A stretch of DNA of 64,000 nt, from NCBI GenBank assembly GCA_903944345.1, contig CAJARJ010000016.1:89852-153851 (forward strand). The letters are read 5' to 3'. Shown here piece after piece: positions 60,686-64,000 of the stretch. This DNA is from Candidatus Omnitrophota bacterium (GTDB lineage Bacteria > Omnitrophota > Gorgyraeia > Zapsychrales > Fredricksoniimonadaceae). The notes below the pieces were generated by a model that did no database searches, was not told where the DNA came from, and worked only from the letters and a program-made list of their open reading frames with translations. Each line of letters begins with the position of its first letter. Position 1 is the first letter of the stretch. The position numbers and the translations under genes are program-made.

Positions 60686-62656
60686 ATGGATCATTTTGAC
60701 CTTCAGTCATCCTTCCGGCTTATCGCCGACCAGGAAAAAGCCTGTGAATTGTTGTCCGCGGGTATTCTGCGGGGTAATAAAGCCCAGGTTCTGCTTGGTG
60801 TGACCGGCAGCGGGAAAACTTTTACCCTTGCCAATGTGATCGCGCGGATCAACCGTCCGACGCTGGTTATCTCGCATAACAAAACCCTGGCCGCCCAGCT
60901 TTATGGCGAGTTTCGGGAGTTTTTTCCTTTGAATGCGGTGGAATATTTCGTGAGCTATTACGATTATTATCAGCCCGAAGCCTACATTCCGCAGACGGAC
61001 GTTTATATTGAAAAAGATTCTTCCGTCAACGACCGGCTGGATCGCCTGCGTCTTTCGGCCACAACCTCCCTTATGTCCCGGAGGGATACGATTATTGTGG
61101 CCAGTGTTTCGTGTATTTATAATTTGGGAGCGCCGCAGGATTATCAAAACAGCCTGGTTTCGTTCCGTAAGGGTGAGACCATTGGCAGAGATGTTATTTT
61201 GCGTCGTCTTCTGGACATTCATTACGAGCGTAATGATTATGATTTTTCCCGCGGCAAACTTCGGGTGCGTGGAGATGCTGTCGAAATTTTTCCTGCCTAT
61301 CGCCAGGACGCTTTGCGGGTTGAGTTTTTTGGGGACGAAATCGAAAAAATCCGGTTGATTGACCCCTTGACCGGAGCGGGCCTGCAGGAACTGGAGCAGG
61401 CTGCGGTTTATCCGGCCAAACATTTTATTGTTTCGGATGACCGTATGGGAGGCGCCCTGGAGCGGATTGCACAGGAGCTGGAGCAAAGATTGCACGAGCT
61501 GGAGGGGCAGGGCAAGTTGCTGGAGGCCCAGCGCCTGCGTTCACGGACCCGTTTTGATCTGGAGATGCTGCGTGAAGCCGGTTATTGCCATGGCATTGAG
61601 AATTATTCCCGGGTTTTGTCCGGGCGGCCTCCTGGCGCCAGGCCGTATTGCCTGATGGATTATTTTCCGGAAGATTTGCTGGTTATCATCGACGAGTCGC
61701 ATGTTACGCTGCCCCAGATTCGCGGCATGTACGAAGGAGACCGCGCGCGCAAGGAAATGCTGGTGAATTACGGCTTTCGCCTGCCTTCATGCCTGGATAA
61801 CCGTCCTCTGCGTTTTCCCGAATTTCAGTCGATGATCAGGCAGGTGATTTATGTCTCGGCAACGCCCGCCGCCTTTGAGCTCGAGGAAGCCCGGGGGCAG
61901 GTGGTCGAACAGGTTATTCGTCCGACGGGGATCCCGGATCCGGAGATTATCCTCAGGCCGAGTGCCGGCCAGGTGGAAGATTTGCTCGGCGAGATACGCC
62001 GGCGTGCAGACAAGTCCGAGCGCGTGCTGATTACCACTTTGACCAAGCGGATGTCAGAAGATCTTTCGGAGTATCTGCAGGAACACGGAGTCAGGGTTAA
62101 ATACCTGCATTCCGATGTAGAAACCATCGAACGCACGAAGGTTCTCCAGGACTTGCGCGGCAACAAATTTGATTGTCTGGTCGGAGTGAATCTGTTGAGG
62201 GAAGGACTGGATTTGCCGGAAGTGTCCCTGGTGGCCATTCTTGATGCGGACAAGCAGGGATTTCTGCGCTCACAGACTTCGCTTATCCAGACTTCCGGGC
62301 GGGCGGCGCGTAACGTGAACGGACAGGTGATCATGTATGCCGATTCGGTCAGCGAGGCTATGCGCAAAACGATTGATGAGTGCGAGCGTCGTCGCCGGAT
62401 ACAGCTGGCCTTCAACCGGGAACATAATATAACTCCCCGGACGGTCGAGAAAGCCATCAAGACCGGGATTGAAGCCTGGGCCCAGGCCGAAGACCTTGTA
62501 CGGGAGGTGTCCGGACAGGACAAGGAAGAATTTGATCTTGCCCGGAAAGTTTCCGAACTTGAGCGGCAGATGGAAATAGCGGCACGCAACCTGGAGTTTG
62601 AGAAGGCGGCGAGGCTTCGGGACCGTTTGCAGGAGATGAAGAAATATGCGCAATAG
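60686..62656 (+). CDS. uvrB: Excinuclease ABC subunit B
   Basis: [31 protein letters not shown] domain. Confidence 0.98.
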   Translation: MDHFDLQSSFRLIADQEKACELLSAGILRGNKAQVLLGVTGSGKTFTLANVIARINRPTLVISHNKTLAAQLYGEFREFFPLNAVEYFVSYYDYYQPEAYIPQTDVYIEKDSSVNDRLDRLRLSATTSLMSRRDTIIVASVSCIYNLGAPQDYQNSLVSFRKGETIGRDVILRRLLDIHYERNDYDFSRGKLRVRGDAVEIFPAYRQDALRVEFFGDEIEKIRLIDPLTGAGLQELEQAAVYPAKHFIVSDDRMGGALERIAQELEQRLHELEGQGKLLEAQRLRSRTRFDLEMLREAGYCHGIENYSRVLSGRPPGARPYCLMDYFPEDLLVIIDESHVTLPQIRGMYEGDRARKEMLVNYGFRLPSCLDNRPLRFPEFQSMIRQVIYVSATPAAFELEEARGQVVEQVIRPTGIPDPEIILRPSAGQVEDLLGEIRRRADKSERVLITTLTKRMSEDLSEYLQEHGVRVKYLHSDVETIERTKVLQDLRGNKFDCLVGVNLLREGLDLPEVSLVAILDADKQGFLRSQTSLIQTSGRAARNVNGQVIMYADSVSEAMRKTIDECERRRRIQLAFNREHNITPRTVEKAIKTGIEAWAQAEDLVREVSGQDKEEFDLARKVSELERQMEIAARNLEFEKAARLRDRLQEMKKYAQ

Positions 62657-63308
62657 GGTGCTTGTTTTTGCCCTTCTTTTGTCTGGAGGCTGTTCTTTTC
62701 TGGAGGCCACCGGGGAAGCGGTTGGCGTTGTGGGCAAGGTCGGATGGACGGCGGCCAAGACGGCCGGCAGTGCGGTTTATACGGGAACGTCCATGGCCGG
62801 GCAGACGGCCAACCAGGCGAATAAAACAATATCCCGTCCGGAAGGCTCTTCCGACAAGAGGGAAACCAGGGCGTCGGGGGTGAGGCGTTCGGTGGTGCCC
62901 CTTATACGGGAACAGAAAAGTTTTTTTGTACGCGTCAAGCTTAATGACAAGTTGTGGGGCAAATTTTTGCTCGATACGGGAGCCAGTGCTTTGCAAATTT
63001 CCGGCAAGATGGCCCGGCGTCTCAAGGTTGATCTTTCGCAGGCCCAGGTTGTTCCGGTCACTTTGGCCGGAGGGGCGATGGTCAAGGGAAAAATAGTGAC
63101 GCTCAAGAGTGTTCAGATCGGCGGGGTTGAGCTTACCAATGTCCAGGCGATTGTTCTGGAGAGGGATAATATGGATTTGCGCGACGGCTTGCTGGGCATG
63201 TCCGTTCTGGAACATTTTGTTTTTCAGATCGACACCCAAAGCGGTGAGCTTATTCTTGAAGAGCGCAAGCCGGAGAGTAATGACCGGAAAAACGGAGACC
63301 GGCAATGA
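62646..63308 (+). CDS. Retropepsin-like (clan AA) aspartic protease, predicted lipoprotein
   Basis: LSGGC lipobox, [13 protein letters not shown]. Confidence 0.85.
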   Translation: MRNRVLVFALLLSGGCSFLEATGEAVGVVGKVGWTAAKTAGSAVYTGTSMAGQTANQANKTISRPEGSSDKRETRASGVRRSVVPLIREQKSFFVRVKLNDKLWGKFLLDTGASALQISGKMARRLKVDLSQAQVVPVTLAGGAMVKGKIVTLKSVQIGGVELTNVQAIVLERDNMDLRDGLLGMSVLEHFVFQIDTQSGELILEERKPESNDRKNGDRQ

Positions 63309-64000
63309 TCAAGGCAGTTGGGCTTGTTTCCGGCGGGCTGGACAGCGCTGTGGCCTGTGCTCTTATGCAGGATCAGGGGATTGAAGTGCATGCCGTGCAT
63401 TTGTCCATGCCCTGGGGTTGCGGTTCGATTGCCCGGACAGAGGCCTTGGCCGCCGCGTTACGGATACCTTTAAAAGTCATTCCGCTGGGAGATGATTACC
63501 TTCCGCTTCTGGTTAAACCACGTTACGGGTTTGGTGCGGCGCTTAATCCGTGTGTGGAGTGTCATGCCTACATGATCAGGAAAGCGGCGGAGTACATGAA
63601 AGAAATTGGTGCCGAACTGGTTTTCACCGGTGAAGTGCTGGGTCAAAGGCCGTTGTCCCAGCGTCGTCGCTGTATGGAGTGGATTGAGCAGGCCTCCGGG
63701 GTTCCCGGACGGTTATTGCGGCCTCTTTCAGCGCAGTTTTTCCCGCCGACTCTGCCGGAACAGGCAGGGCTGGTTGACCGGACAAGGCTTTTGCGTCTTT
63801 CCGGGCGCGGGCGCAAGGAGCAGAAAAAGATCGCCGGGAAACTCGGGGTTGATGTTTTTTCCCAGCCGGGCGGAGGTTGTCTGCTGACCGAAAAGATTTT
63901 TGGCTCCAGAGTGAAAGATGTGCTGGCGCGAGGCTGCGCTTCGATCCGGGAGCTGGCTGTTCTGGGCAGCGGCAGGTATTTTCGTCTGGATGAAAGCACA
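63305..64000 (+). CDS. ThiI/MnmA-like PP-loop tRNA thiolation protein (partial, runs off the window)
   Basis: [41 protein letters not shown]; not in ORF track. Confidence 0.82.
   Translation, partial: MIKAVGLVSGGLDSAVACALMQDQGIEVHAVHLSMPWGCGSIARTEALAAALRIPLKVIPLGDDYLPLLVKPRYGFGAALNPCVECHAYMIRKAAEYMKEIGAELVFTGEVLGQRPLSQRRRCMEWIEQASGVPGRLLRPLSAQFFPPTLPEQAGLVDRTRLLRLSGRGRKEQKKIAGKLGVDVFSQPGGGCLLTEKIFGSRVKDVLARGCASIRELAVLGSGRYFRLDEST

Noticed and set aside
61849-63305. 326-aa and 282-aa minus-strand ORFs
   Set aside because: Antisense to uvrB and the protease; low-information sequences

Overview
Core chromosomal window of a diderm bacterium (genetic code 11), with nearly all genes on the + strand. 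A TIGR04137-like small basic protein and the absence of rpmD from the spc operon point to the PVC superphylum; Omnitrophota is my inferred guess. Bases 1-31.5 kb hold the end of rpsA, tyrS and a contiguous ~30 kb translation/transcription super-cluster (tRNA-Thr, rpmG, tRNA-Trp, secE, nusG, rplKAJL, rpoBC, str, S10, spc, alpha). Bases 31.6-64 kb hold mixed housekeeping genes: aspC, pilT, icd-like, lipB plus a stand-alone lipoyl domain, a glycolipid gene trio, TonB-like, aroQ-pepP-efp-accBC-asp23-amaP, a divergent pfkA with gmhA-hldC, split thiD2/thiE, tRNA-Gly, a tightly coupled run of nucleotide-hydrolase genes, exeAB, two PilZ genes and uvrB. I saw no mobile element, CRISPR array or rRNA. 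Best candidates for undescribed biology: (1) the nlpD-ATPase/wHTH/degenerate nuclease-phosphoesterase-HIT-dGTPase-degenerate HD-GYP operon; (2) a PfkA with rewired active-site motifs next to heptose genes that lack a kinase here; (3) a switchable RNA structure between rplQ and aspC; (4) lipB and a free lipoyl carrier coupled to glycolipid genes; (5) a 44-nt dual-coding rpoC/rpsL overlap. All family assignments come from motif recognition by eye, with no database search.
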